DNA of 63,945 bases, counting the filler, from Conidiobolus incongruus B7586 (Eukaryota), in NCBI GenBank assembly GCA_000697335.1. It is 8 parts of 8 records of this genome, joined end to end, with 100 filler letters (N's around TTAATTAATTAA, not from the genome) between each part and the next. Parts side by side here need not be neighbours in the genome. Positions count along the whole stretch, not along the records: positions 28,353 to 41,230 come from JNEM01006685.1; positions 41,331 to 48,973 come from JNEM01006688.1; positions 49,074 to 51,642 come from JNEM01006692.1; positions 51,743 to 54,661 come from JNEM01006694.1; 4 more parts are not named here. One strand, written 5' to 3'. Position 1 is the stretch's first letter, and each line of letters begins with the position of its first letter. A program made the position numbers and the translations under genes. Positions 38,173-52,025 of the stretch are shown here, piece by piece. The notes beneath the pieces were generated by a model, which saw only the letters and a program-made list of their open reading frames with translations, searched no databases and was not told the origin of the DNA.

Positions 38173-39373
38173 ATATTTTATTTGGTCTTAAGTTAACTGC
38201 CTTTGCTCCCATCTCTCATAACATAGTTCAAATTCATTTATTCAATCAACTGTCCGTTGCTGCATTTGCCATCCATCTCGAACCATATCCTTTCAGTTTT
38301 AATTAATTTCAATTCTAGTTACAGTTAATTCGACTTCAACTATTAGAAAGCCCATTACCCTCGGATCCAATTCATATTATTTATTTATTTATTAACACTA
38401 ATATTTTAGTGTAAAAATCTCATTAATTAATTTTCATCTCTCGTTTTAATTAATAAACATCTATTTTATTGATAATTCTAATATTTCTAATATATTATTA
38501 AAAAAATTAATAATTAAATGTTTATTTCAATAAACAAAAAAATTTTTTAATTCTTAATATTATTTGTTTATATTAGAATACAATATTGAAGTTTTTAAAA
38601 ATAATTGTTATCAAGGGATATTAATAAACAATATTTTTAATGATGTTTGTTCGTAATACTACTCTGATTATATAATACTCTTAAATCATGGTATTTAAAA
38701 TAAGTATCTTTGATTTGACATTTTTTAGATTATATTAAAATCTATAATGATTTGATTTTATGAATAAATCAATGAATATTAATATGCACTAAATAATAAT
38801 ATATGCTGGTTAACTTTGATAATTAATAATATTTTATATTATATTCTTTATATCAATGATTTTATAAACGTATATATTATATTGTGTTTTTTAATTTTGA
38901 TTATTAATTCGATTAATTTTTTTTGAAATTATTAAATTTGACTTAAATATGATTTTTATATTGGTAAATATTTTCAATATCTCAAATATACTTAATTTTG
39001 AATTAATTAATTAATTAATTATTCTTATTTTTTATATCTAAGTTCATTATTCAAATTGGGATATTTTTTAAAATATCCCAATTTATAAAGTTTTATAGTC
39101 ATTTTAATTTTATTATTATTTAACTACAAGGAATTTATAAGTACATTTATAGTCAATATATTTTTAATAATAAGCATAATTTTATAGTTTTGTTTCTTCT
39201 ATTAAGAATCATTGAATAGATTTTAAGTGAATTATAAATGATATGCAATTAAAAATAATTATACATATTACTTTCATAATAGTAAATAAAATTTCAAATA
39301 TTAGTGATTAAATTGATTTGATATATAGTATTTATTAGTTATAATTAATTTTTTTAAAATTTTCTTTTTATAT

Positions 39374-39704
39374 TGTGCATTTACTCATTGCCAGTAAGAT
39401 ATTGTTAATTGACAAGGGAGCGGTTTGCTGATGGTTTGTTTGATATTTGGGTTAAGGTGCTTTATTAGGTTTTTTAGGGATTTAATAGGCTTTGCAGAAG
39501 ACCGGAGGTGATGTTGAAATTGTATTTCGACAACGGTTATTTTATAGATAATTGGCCAGTCATAGGTGATATAAAGAAGTATATCAGGTCTTCAGAAAAA
39601 TAAAACCTTGAAGTGGTGTCATGAGTATTCCAGGATTGTATCTCAATAAGGTGATTGGTTGCGAGATGAAGTTGGTCGGGCGAGTTAATATCTTATCAAC
39701 CACA
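39374..39704. mobile_element. Candidate solo LTR (331 bp)
   Basis: GC-richer island bounded by TGTG...CACA with ATAT directly on both sides (possible 4-bp TSD, weak in AT-rich DNA). Internal TATAAA and AATAAA on the + strand. Confidence 0.55.
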
Positions 39705-41330
39705 ATATTATCAATTATATACAAATTTAATAATATTATTTAAAAATTAATTTACAGTTTTAAATTCTCTTTAAATTATCAGGGTGGGAAATAAATTTTC
39801 TATAATAAGAATCTATTGGTAAACATACCAAAATTATTATATAATTATTTTAAAATTTTTCAAGTATTTAAATTACAATCAGAATTTAAAAGAATATTTA
39901 CTAACCTTATATATTAAGTTAAAATACAGCTACCTGTTAAGCCCTCCAAATAATGCTTCTTTATTTAGCTCGGGTAATATATTATAATATTCACCTATAT
40001 TGTTAACAAGACATACTACATAAGTAATTATTAATGCTTTATAAATAGACCACAGGTTTAGTCTAATGGTAAACCCAAATAGTCTTTTAGTTATCATTAT
40101 CACAAAAAATACAATTTAAGGTAATATTTAAATAAACAAATTTGTAAATAAAATAATTTTTGACTCTTTTTCTAACTTTGGTAGAGGTGGTAAAAGCCAG
40201 CTCTATATTATTTAATTAGTCTTAATTTGTTATTTAGTAAACTGTTTATTAAATAATTATATCAAATCTTTTATTCAAATAAATATCTTTAAGCGAAAAG
40301 GTGATTTATAATATTTTTGATATTGATTATAATGGTAGTCAAGTCTTATTAAAACTGATTTGTTTTACCAAAATAAGTTGCTATTAATTATTGATAATAA
40401 AGTTCAAATTACTAATATAGAATTAATTGTTTATTACCTCAGAAAAAGTAACCTAATTATTTTGATTAAAAATCCTTCGAAAGATTACCAATATTATATT
40501 TTAGATTATGATACAATCATAGTTAAAAACTTTAATCAAATAATAAATTATTGTATTTTAAAACTTTAATATTAAAATATTATATTAAATAAAAGGTTAT
40601 TTTTATCTTTTTATAATACATAAGAGCAGCTATTATAATATATTTATTATTATCATTAATTTTTTTTAAATTTTTTAAAAATTTTATAATTAATAATAAT
40701 TTCAAATTAAATTAAAATATATTCGAAATAGTATTAATTATTAATATAATATTAATTAATGTTTAATTTATAACTATTAATTATTAAATCTATTATTATA
40801 TAATCATATTTTATTATTTTAAAAAATAAAATATATATATATCTATTAACAAGAAATATTAATTTAAATATTTAATTTAAAATTTAATCTTACTCTAACT
40901 TAATATTACCTTATATATGATCAAAGAGAAATTTTTTGATTTATGATGTTTCAAATATATTACTAATAATAAATAATATAAATATATAATTAATAAGAAA
41001 ATATATAGATTTAAATTATATATATATATAATAGCTTTATTGATTAAAAAATTAATTTTTTTTAAATTTATGATTTAATTTAATTATGTTTAAACCTAAT
41101 AATAATTATCAAAAGCCTTTTATTTTAAAGTCAATTAATTTTAACCATAAACCCTTTAAAATTATCTATAATTTTCAAACAACTTTTGATAATAAAATAG
41201 TATATAAATCAATTATTTATTACTATATAANNNNNNNNNNNNNNNNNNNNNNNNNNNNNNNNNNNNNNNNNNNNTTAATTAATTAANNNNNNNNNNNNNN
41301 NNNNNNNNNNNNNNNNNNNNNNNNNNNNNN

Positions 41331-41892
41331 TAATAAACATTTTGTTAATAAATAAATATTAATTATTATAATAAATTATAATAATATATGTTATTCTTAT
41401 TTAATTCTTGAAAGAAAATTAATTAATAGTAAACTTTATATTGTTTTTTTAAATAAAAGTATTTTTAATTAATGTTTTTAATATTATTTAAGAAGACTTA
41501 TTATTTTACATAATAATTACAAAATACATAAATCTAAAACTATAAAAAACTTTTTAATTAAAAATAACTGGAAAAAACTACTACATCTAGTATATTCTTT
41601 AAATTATAACTTATGTGATTATAATTACTTTAGGCAATTAAAAAACTAACTTGTAAGAAAGAAAATTTCTACAAGAAAATTTAATTAGTTTGTAAAACAT
41701 CAAATTTCAATCTTTAATAAAAAGAATTATTTTTTAAGTGTTAGATTTTTACTAAAAGTATAGCAAAAAGTTATTAATAATAAAAGAAACTATTAAATTT
41801 ATATTATATATTTATTTTTATATATTATATATTAAAATGTTTATTTATTTTTAATCACAAAAAATTCCCATTATCAAAAATACAGAGTAATA
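41331..41892 (+). mobile_element. Decayed mariner (DD34D) transposase 3' half and right end
   Basis: Translation FLHNNYKIH...LLHLVYSLNYNLCDYNYFRQLKN corresponds to HDNARPH...HPPYSPDLAPCDY, with 34 residues between the second and third catalytic positions. C-terminal V*QKVINNKRNY* corresponds to RWQKVI..GxY. Confidence 0.7.
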
Positions 41893-42598
41893 ATAAATCA
41901 TAAATTGAAAAGGAATACAATGTAATTTTAAAAATTTTGTTTTATATAAGAATTCAAAATATTAAACTTTTAAATTTGATCTAAATTTCAAAATAATAGC
42001 ATATATTGGAAATTAAACAAATACAAAAAAATATTAAGATATAGCATCTATACAATATCATTTAATCAATTGAGATTTTATATTTGTTCGATTTGATTCA
42101 TATTTTATTATAATTTTTCTCGAATAATGGGAAATCTAAGAATAATGTTCATAATTTGGTTTATTAATTGCAATCTCATTTTTTGAATCAATTATTTATT
42201 AAAAAACCAAATAAGAATATCAATCAATACATAAATAAAAAAGAATATATCTGAATATTACACAATATTATCATGGGACAGTATAAATCCATTATGAATT
42301 GAATTAATCATCACTATATTTCCACACTACTAAAAAAAATTATGGCTGATGAGTTCAAGATAAAATATTTAGTCCCATAATAATAAAAATTAATGTAAAT
42401 AAATATTGAATGTATCATTAAAAATATAAATTGAAATTAACAGTCTTAATCAAATTATAACAATTATTTAATCTGTATATCAAAAAAGATATATTAAGAA
42501 TATTGATAGTTTTATATATATCTAAAATATATAATAATTAAAAATTATTTTTATAAATATATTAACAATATAATCCAACTGTAAAAATAAATAATAAT

Positions 42599-45500
42599 AT
42601 GTCTAATAGTCCGTTTTTAAGTTTTCAACCAACCGCTTCGGAGCAAGCTTACTTCACCCAACTATTTGGAATAGTCGACGTTCACGGAAAAGGCGTGGTT
42701 AACGGGATGCAAGCAGTGCCTTTCTTTCGTAAATCGGGTTTAGATGGAGCTACTTTAGGCAAAGTAACTTTTAATCAAAATTTAATGTAAGTTATCAGAT
42801 ACTAATAATAATTTGATAGATCTGGCAGTTAGCAGACCAAAATAACGAAGGGTTCTTGAAATTATCGAATTTTATGGTGGCTCTAAAGTTAGTCGCTCTA
42901 GCCCAGAATAATTTAGGTATTGATTTGAAGAATTTGGACTTGCAGACACCTTTACCCCAATTTGAAAATATGGTTACACCTAAGAATGCCAGACCTGAGA
43001 GTATTGCTGTTGGTAATAGTCCTCACTTTGGTGCGAATAGTGCTAGTAGCACTCAGAAGTTAAACCCTCCTTTGATGCAGGCTGCAGCTGACAAGTATTT
43101 GAACATCTTTATGAAAGCAAGTCAGGATGGAAATATTTTGGAGGGAAATTCGGTCAAAGCAATTATGATGAAGAGTCAATTACCGGTTGATCAACTCAAG
43201 GATATTTGGAGTTTAGCGGACTTTGGCAATAAGGGTCACTTGGATGCAAAGGAGTTCGTTATTGCAATGTACTATGTCGAAGGGTTGATGAGTCAAACTA
43301 TAACTGACCTTCCTGTGGTTTTGCCACCTCAGTTGTCTTCAACTGCTCAGTCTTTAGTCAATAGTTCGTCTGTGATGTCTATGAAGAAATCGTCATTTTC
43401 ATCCCCTCAAAGAATGGGTTCAATTCGTCAATCCAGTGTTTCTAGTATGACCTCTCCTCCTAATCCTTCGTCTATTACACCTTCTTATACTTCTATGGAT
43501 TCCATATTTATGGGACCTAGTAAAACGGGTAATGATGAAACTTGGGCAATCTCTCAGGAAGAACAAATGAAATTTACTAACTTTTTCGAGACGACTATCC
43601 AAGGCCAAGATAAGAACTATTTGACTAGTGAAGAAGCTTACGAATTCTTTGCTAGATCCAAATTATCTAAGCCAGTTCTTGCCCATATCTGGTATGCCAA
43701 TCATACACATTTATTGTAAATCCGTTAATATAACTGATTTATAGGGAATTATCCGATATTACTAAGAATAATACATTGACCAAGGATGAATTCATTTTGG
43801 CTATGCATTTAATTTACCAAAAGCTAGCTGGTAATCCTTTACCCGATGATCTCCCCAAAGATTTGATCCCTCCTTCATTGAGAACTTCAAGACAAGGTAA
43901 ATTGAATATTGATGGTTTTAAATATATTAATCATTAATATATAATCAGGTTCAATGGAAAATGAATTTGATATGATGATGATGGGAGGTAATGCTAGTTC
44001 TTTAGACCGTCATAAATCATTATCTCCTGGTATGTCACGCATTATGCCTTCTGGATCTCAGACATTTCCTCGTATCAAATCCACAGTTGGAGCACCTACA
44101 TCCTTCGAAGATATTATCAGCAACAATAGGAAGACATTCTATCAACCCTCTAATACGTCACCTATCAATTTACCTATAAGTACTCCTTCACAACCCACTG
44201 CGGAAGATATTCGCCAAAAGCAAGATATTATCGATACACACGAACAAATTATCCACTATACCAAACTCCTTGCAGAAATTCAACCCAAGAATCAGCACCT
44301 TGAGTCGCAAATGAATGAGTTATCATCTAAAAAGCAAGCAATCATGCAACAAATGGAGTCTTTGAATGCCACTCTTAAACATGAGAGAGACGAATTTGAT
44401 AACAAGTCAAATCGCTACAATCAACAGTTGGTACCTGAGTTAGAGCAAACTCAAGCCAAAATCCAAGAATTACATACCAAACTTACTCCTATTAGGGAAG
44501 AGCGCCAAATTCTTGCTTCAGATATTGAAAAATTCAAATCTCATTCTACTCAATATAAGTTCCATATTAACAAAGCCACTGAAATGATTAAAATTTTAAA
44601 GCAAAAGCTTGAGCAAAAGCGTGCTGAAGAAGCTAGACTTGCTGAGGAGGCTAAAATGGCAGAAAGCCAAAAGCAGGCATCTCAACTTGAAGCACCTGAA
44701 TCTGCTGAAAGAGCTGAATCCAGAGCTATCGCTAATGCTGGGTTATCTGAATCTCCAGAATCTCACAAAGGTCAACCACCTGGAGGCTCTAAAGAGGGTT
44801 TTACTACTAATGAAGATGCCAATCCCTTCGAAGAAGAGCCTCCAGCTGTTCCATCTCCTTCAACTGATCCATTCGCCAAAATAATTTCTAAGAAGTCTGT
44901 TCAGCCTCCAAGACCTGCCCGTCCTCCTAGAAACAATGTTCCTCCTGTTCAACCCCAGACTCAGCCCAACCAAATTCCCGATTTTGCCAATTTTGAAGCC
45001 AACTTCCCAGCACCATCATCCACTCCCGATGTTCCTGCCGAATTTGAAGCCAACTTTCCAATTGCTGGCCCCATTGTTGAAACTCCAACCGAAGAAAAGA
45101 CCCCCGTTAGAAGACCTCACCAGATCGACGTCATCAAAGATATTAATGGCCTTACCAAGGCCTTTGAAAACTTCAAACCCGAAACCGATTTCATCCAAAT
45201 CAAAGTTTTGAGTAATTTCGACCCCTCTAGCAAATCACCATTCGACCCCAACTATTTACAAATTTTCAACGTTGATTTTGTTCCGAATTTCGACGAAGAT
45301 TTAGAGTCTGTTCAACCGAGCAATCAGCATTCAAAACCTTCCGAAAATCATGTTACCACTGGTCCTTCATCCTTATTTTTGAGTGATGATAACGATCCCT
45401 TCAAATCTAATGCCCCTAACTTTGAGCCCACGCACGATGAAGGATGGACCGAAGCCGCTCCTTCCAATCTAGATTTGGATCAAGTATTTGGTGGCAAGCG

Positions 45501-46062
45501 TGAATCCATCGCTGGTTCCATTAAATTCGAAGATGTATTCGGCGATGCTTTTTCAGTACCTCCAGAAATTGCTGAAGTTGGTAACGAAGAAGCTGCAAAT
45601 GACGATCGTAAAGAAGAGGCCAATTCTGAAGGAACACTGGCATTACCCCCAGCTCCTATAGAAGATGACAAGCCTTCAAATACTTTGGAACCAGTCCCAG
45701 AGGGTCCCAATAGTAACAATATTCATAATGATCCAACATTTGAATATCCTCCATTACCTTCATCTCCATCACTTTCCGAACCCAATTCATTGCAAGACAA
45801 ATCCTCAGGCATTGCACTGACAACTCCTAACCCAGAAACACCTCAGGACAAGTCAATTGATATTGCAGTAAATACTCCCATCCCAGATACTTCGTCACCA
45901 GAACTATCTGATGCAAAAGTACCATCCCCTGTGGATATGGATCGAACGGTATCTTCCACAGCTCACGAGATCAACTTAGCAGATGGCACTGTCGAATTGG
46001 AACCCATCGATCCCAAGGACGAAGGCATTACTTCTCCAAGTCCAGTTATTAAACAAGATTAA
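42599..46062 (+). CDS. EH-domain endocytic scaffold (Ede1/Eps15-like), 4 exons
   Basis: Three EH domains (FFRKSGLDGATLGK/IWQLAD; MMKSQLPVDQLKDIWSLAD; FFARSKLSKPVLAHIW/ELSD), a coiled coil, then a Pro-rich tail with NPF/DPF motifs. Confidence 0.88.
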
Positions 46063-46152
46063 TTTTCCCTTTAAGCTATTTTCTTTGATATAATTAATAA
46101 TAAAAACATAATAATATATTATTTCATATATCTATTTTATTAAATATATCTT

Positions 46153-47440
46153 TTAATTTAATTTCAGTCCTTTCAAAACCTTCTCGGCAATCTCCGAATA
46201 AGCTTCAGCAACTCTGGATTTGGGTTCCATAACTGTAATAGGCGTACCACAATCCGATAATTTCATAATATTGGGATCTAAAGGAATGTCGCCCAGTAAA
46301 TCGATATTAAATTCACTCGCCATTTTGCTGCCACCGTCCGTGCCAAATACATGGGAGGATTTTTGGCAGTGAGGACATGTGTATAGGCTCATGTTTTGGA
46401 CTACTCCTAATAACTAATGTATGATAATATAATTAAGCAGTTTATAATAATTAGTTTGATTATAAACTTACAGGAATATTCACTTTTCTAAACATTTCAA
46501 CACCTTTCCTAGCGTCTATTAAAGCTAAATCTTGAGGGGTTGTTACAATGACAGCACCTAAATGCCCTATTAATCACCCAATATACAATCTAGTAATGAT
46601 CAATTTACCTGATATGGGTACCAGCTGACTCATAGTTAACTGCACATCACCAGTACCTGGCGGCATATCAACAACAAGAATATCTAAACCATCTTGCCAG
46701 TCTACTTCATAAATGAGTTGCTGCAAAGCTTTCATCACCTAATTATCAATAAATATCTTATTTGATGAGAAGTTTGTATAATTGTTACCATTAATCCTCT
46801 CCACACGATAGGTGCACCTTCAGGTACTAGAAAACCCATTGACATTGCAGGAATACCATAGTTTGTTAGGGGTAATAAATGACCTAATATCAATCAGTAA
46901 AGTTTCATAGCTTATACTGATAATAGTTTACCTTTATCATTCAACTCAGGTTCTCCCTTTAAATTCAACAACTTGGGAATGGAGGGTCCAAATAAATCAG
47001 CATCTAGTAAGCCAACTTTGAATTTATGGCGATTTAAAGCAATTGCTAAATTGACTGTTATAATTCATAAATAACTGTTAATTAAATAATATAGCATTTG
47101 TTCTTACCTGAAGTAGTAGACTTTCCAACTCCGCCCTTACCACTTGCTACCGTAATAACGTGTTTAACTTTTGGAATTGCTTGCTTTTGAGGTAATCCTC
47201 TTCTAGGATCCTTTCGAGCAGGTGGTGGATATGATCCAAATCCTCCTTTCCTTGGTAGACCCTTATAATTTAATTTATTAATAATAAATAATAAAATTTT
47301 ATAAAATTATTATTTACTAAAGGGTTTTCATGAAAATTTTTAGATAAAATAGAAAATTTTTTAATTAATAAATAATTAATAAAATTTTTATCAAATTTTA
47401 AAAATTTAATAGAATTATTTAAATTTAATAAATATCTCAT
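46153..47440 (-). CDS. IND1: Mitochondrial Fe-S carrier P-loop NTPase (Ind1/NUBPL), multi-exon
   Basis: Presequence-like exon ending NFHENPL/GLPR, then [60 protein letters not shown]...HVFG. Confidence 0.92.
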
Positions 47441-47646
47441 TTAGTATAAGGAGAGATTTTAAATAATTAATGATTTTTTTTTATTGATTGAGACTTGGTT
47501 TTTTTTATTAGAATTGGGAAATTAATCGATTTATTATTGAATGAATTTTATTTTATTTTATGGGATTACTTCTCAAACTTGAAATGATCATATTTTACTA
47601 TCCATTTTCAACCAACAATTTTAAATTTAATAAAATTTGTTATGAA

Positions 47647-47989
47647 TTAATTTTTCTGCCTAACATTAATCATGTGTAAATATTTAATCCCCAAACTATT
47701 GGGAATACTTTCAGGACAAATCTAATTGTCATCGAATAAATAATACAATTGGTCCATATCTTTTCCCTTCTTGTCGGAATAAGTTTATCAGTTTTTTTAA
47801 AGGTGTCCTTTTGTGGACTTTAATGGTGATTCAACTCGTTTCGGGGTCCAATGCTTCAATGTTGATGTAATTTGGATTGTTAGTATCGGGTAGAATTTTT
47901 TTATTATTAGATATTTTTAGTGAAGAATTAGAAATTTGTTTGATAATAATTTCAATCTTGCAGTCACTGATTAATAGTATTGAGTACAT
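47647..47989 (-). pseudogene. SUMO/Smt3-like pseudogene
   Basis: Manual translation NYINIEALDPETS*ITIKVHKRTPLKKLIN/YSDKKGKDMDQLYYLFDDN*ICPESIPNSLGIKYLHMINVRQKN* aligns by eye to SUMO (INLKV...FFKIKKTTPLRRLM...QGKEMDSLRFLYDG.RI...TPEDL). It has two stops, one frameshift and no di-Gly. Confidence 0.7.
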
Positions 47990-48921
47990 TGATTGGATAA
48001 TTATAGATTTATAATTAATTTTATATAATTTAAATCTATTGAAGTCACAATTTTTATGGAATTTTAATTCTTTCACAAAAAATAATTATTGATATTATGA
48101 TATTAAAAAATATAGCTGAACATTCATTAAGGGAAGTAAATATGTTTAATTGGGCAAATATTTAAATAATAATTATTATCAAATTTTTATTTCGATATTG
48201 GATCACATGTATCACAATTAATTAAAGACTATATAATTCTTAATTCTTTCATTCTTAATCAATTTCAAATATTCAAAATGAAATTTTATAAAAAATATGC
48301 TGAAAATAATATGTAATTGGTAATGTGATATATATTGATAAAATGTATATGTTTGAATTTAATATTATATTTATTAATATTTGGATGTTTTACAAAATAA
48401 AAATTGGTAATGAGTGATTGTATATTGTTTCATGGTGATACCTCGAATAACTTGTCATAATATCTATTTTATCAATTATTCAATGGTATATGATTCATAT
48501 AAATATCAATATATAATTAATTTAAAAATTTTAAAATATATTACTATTATTAACGTTGATATATATTATCATCATAAGGAGATGTTTTCAATTACTTAAC
48601 CTTTAATCATTCAGTGATTAACTCTTAATATAATTACAAACATTTTCAAATTTGAAAATGTTTTTTTTTCAATATATACTATATAATTTTGATTTTTTTT
48701 CCTAAAATTTTTAATTTGTATAAAAAAATTCTATTGTAAAGGTTATAAAATCTATAATTATAACGAATTTTAAATTATCAATTCTAAAATTAATAAAAAT
48801 AAATTTAATATTTAAGAAATATATCAATTAGAATAGATAAAAATATGAATATTAAATTTGAATAAAAATACTTAATTAAGAGTATAAATAAGAAAAATAA
48901 CCAAGTTGAATAATCTAAATC

Positions 48922-48961
<40 letters not shown>

Positions 48962-49073
48962 TTTAAAATTAATNNNNNNNNNNNNNNNNNNNNNNNNNNN
49001 NNNNNNNNNNNNNNNNNTTAATTAATTAANNNNNNNNNNNNNNNNNNNNNNNNNNNNNNNNNNNNNNNNNNNN

Positions 49074-50070
49074 AAATTAAAAACACTTATATTTTTACTA
49101 ATTACAATTAATATTTAATGAAATAAGCCTAAACTAAATAATTAAAATCTATTATATTTATTAAAAATATATATCATTAAATAATAATATTTAGTTATTA
49201 TTTATTTATAATATAAATCTTTAAATTTTATTTAAGATAAATTATAAATTTGTTGGTTTTTGGTGATAAAAAAAATTAAAACCTAGTATACCTATTTTTA
49301 ACTTTTCTTATTTCTTTAAGTTTATAAAGTCAACTAACTTTTTATATTAAAAAAGGTTAATTTTGTTTTATGTTTCTTAAATATATTTTTAAAGCTAATT
49401 TAAATTTTTTGTTAAGGGAAAGTTTTAATAGCTTTTTTAAACTAATCCCAAAGATATTTAATTAAGTTAAAGTTAAGAAATTAAAAAAACCACTTTATAA
49501 CTATTATTTTATTATTTTTAAGTTATTTAATAGTAAAAGTTATAATATAACAAAAGGTATTATCATATTAGAAAATAATATTAGATTTTTTTTAACCTAT
49601 ATTATTCAATGGTATTTTTAATTTATTATTTAAAATACTTTAATATATCTCAACATTAATTTTTTTATTAATCTTATAAAAATAACTTATACCTAAAGAT
49701 AACATATATCCTTAAATAATAATTAACCTAATATTATAATTTTAAGTAAAATTAACATAATAATTATAAAGTAATTCTATATTTTTTTGAAATATTTAAC
49801 TTTTTTATTAAATCCATTAAAATATATTTTTGTTTTATTAAATTAAATAACTTTAATTATTTTTAATAAGTTTTAATTTAATATTAGTGGTGATATTTAA
49901 ACTTTTACTTAACTTTATAACAGGATTTTTTTAGTTAGGGTTATTTTTTCTTAAAATGTAAATAGTATTTTTATTAATATAAACTATATATATAATATTA
50001 ATATTAACTAATATTTTTATATAGTCTTATAATTCCTATTGTATTTTTATAGTAATACTATATTTACTTA
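49074..50070 (-). mobile_element. Tc1-family copy A (truncated, heavily mutated)
   Basis: Colinear with 50130-51100 and reverse-complementary to 63050-63945; it stops where copy B begins. Confidence 0.85.
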
Positions 50071-50072
50071 TT

Positions 50073-51642
50073 TATTAACCTACAAAAGTAAGTTATAAAA
50101 TCAAAAACATATATATTTTTACTAATAACTTAATTAATATTTAATAAAATAAACTTAAATTAAATAATTAAAAACTATTATATTTATTAATTATATATAT
50201 CATTAAATAATGATATTTAGCTATTAATTGGTTAAAATATAAACTTTTAAATTTTACTTAAGATGAGTTATAAATTTATAGGTTTTTAGTAATAAAAAAA
50301 ATTAAAACTTAGTATATTTATTTTTAATTTTTTTAATTTCTTTAAGTTTGTGGGGTATAAAATCAACTAACTTCTTATACTAAGAAGGGTTAGTCTTGTT
50401 TTATATTTCTTAAATATATTTTTAAAATTAATCTAAATTTTTTACTAGGGGGAAAGCTTTAATAACTTTTTTAACTAATCCCAAAGATGTTTAATTAGAT
50501 TAAAGTTAAAAGATTAAAGAAGCTACTTTATAACTATTATTTTATTATTTTTAAGCTATTTAATAGTAGAAGCTATAGTATAACAAGAAACATTATCTTA
50601 CTAGAAAATAATATTAAATTTATTTAACTTATATTATTCAATGGTTTTTTTCAATTTATTGTTTAGAATATTTTAGTATATTTCAATATTAATTCCCCTA
50701 TTAACTTTACAAATATACTTTACACTTAAAAACAATATATAGCCCTAAATAATAATTAACCTACCTTTATACTTTTAGATAAAATTAACAAAATAGTTAT
50801 AAAGTAATTTTATATCTTTTTTAAAGTATTTAACTTTTCTATCAAATCTACTAAAGTATATTTTTGTTTCATTAAACTAAATAACCTTACTCTAATTAGT
50901 TTTAGTTTAATATTAATAATAATATTTAAATTCCCACCTAACTTTACAATAGGATTTTTTTAATTAGGGGTGTTCTTTCTTAAAATATAAGTAGTATCTA
51001 TATTAATATAAAGTATATATAATAGTATTAATGTTAACTAATATTCTTGTATAGTTTTATAGTTCTTGTTATATTTCTACAATAATACCATATTTGCTTA
51101 TATTAACCAACTTATAAATATACTTCTTATCATATTCATTTATAATTTTAACACATTTAAGTTTAGGTTTAAATGTGTTTTTATTGCTATTCTTAACAGC
51201 TTTAACTATAGTAGATTAACTAACAATAATAATTCTAATAATATCTTAAGTTAATTTATTTTCTTTATAAAGTTAATTAATACACAAATAGATTTTTTTA
51301 GAGAGGGATTTAAGTATAATAATACCAATAAAAAAATTTAGTATATTTGTAAAATATTATATAAAATAATAACAAAAAGAGAAAAAAGATATGGTTATAT
51401 TTTGTTAAATATATCCCCTTATTCCAAAAACCCACAAATTTATAACTTATCTTAGTTAAATATTAAAGGTTAATATTTTTACTAATAGTTTACTAAATAT
51501 ATTTAAATACATTTATTAATTATTAAATAATATACTTTAAATATATATTATAGTTTCAAGTAATCTAATATATACAATTGTTTTAGTTATTAATTAATAT
51601 ATATATATTTTTGATTTTATAATTTATTTTTATAAGTTAATA
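50073..51642 (-). mobile_element. Tc1-family copy B (~1.57 kb, both TIRs degenerate)
   Basis: Left end TATTAACCTACAAAAGTAAGTTATAAAATC and right end GATTTTATAATTTATTTTTATAAGTTAATA are C>T/G>A versions of the family TIR, with decayed transposase between. Confidence 0.85.
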
Positions 51643-51742
51643 NNNNNNNNNNNNNNNNNNNNNNNNNNNNNNNNNNNNNNNNNNNNTTAATTAATTAANN
51701 NNNNNNNNNNNNNNNNNNNNNNNNNNNNNNNNNNNNNNNNNN

Positions 51743-51807
51743 TTAATCAAGTTATTAGTAAAAATATAGGTGTTTTTGATTTTATGACTCACTTTTGCAG
51801 GTTAGTG
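51743..51807. mobile_element. Isolated Tc1 TIR end (remainder in assembly gap)
   Basis: GATTTTATGACTCACTTTTGCAGGTTAGTG followed by TA. Confidence 0.75.
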
Positions 51808-52025
51808 TATAATAAAACCAAGATTTATTATATTTTTCATAAAATTCATTGATAAATTAATATATTTAATTTAATTAAGCTTGATAAATTAAATATTTAT
51901 ATATATATATATATATATATTTTAAAAAAATTATTCATAATTAGTTTTATTTTCAAAATATTTATAATACTTAAAGATATTATAAAAATTAAAAATTAAA
52001 AATTGTTTATCATATTAATATTATA

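Noticed and set aside
39776..40640. Possible degenerate transposon or LINE fragment (TATCAGGGTGGG start)
   Set aside because: No partner TIR or diagnostic catalytic motif found.
48926..48958. (AT)n microsatellites (also ~5586, ~28372, ~51898, ~55320)
   Set aside because: Ordinary simple repeats in AT-rich DNA.
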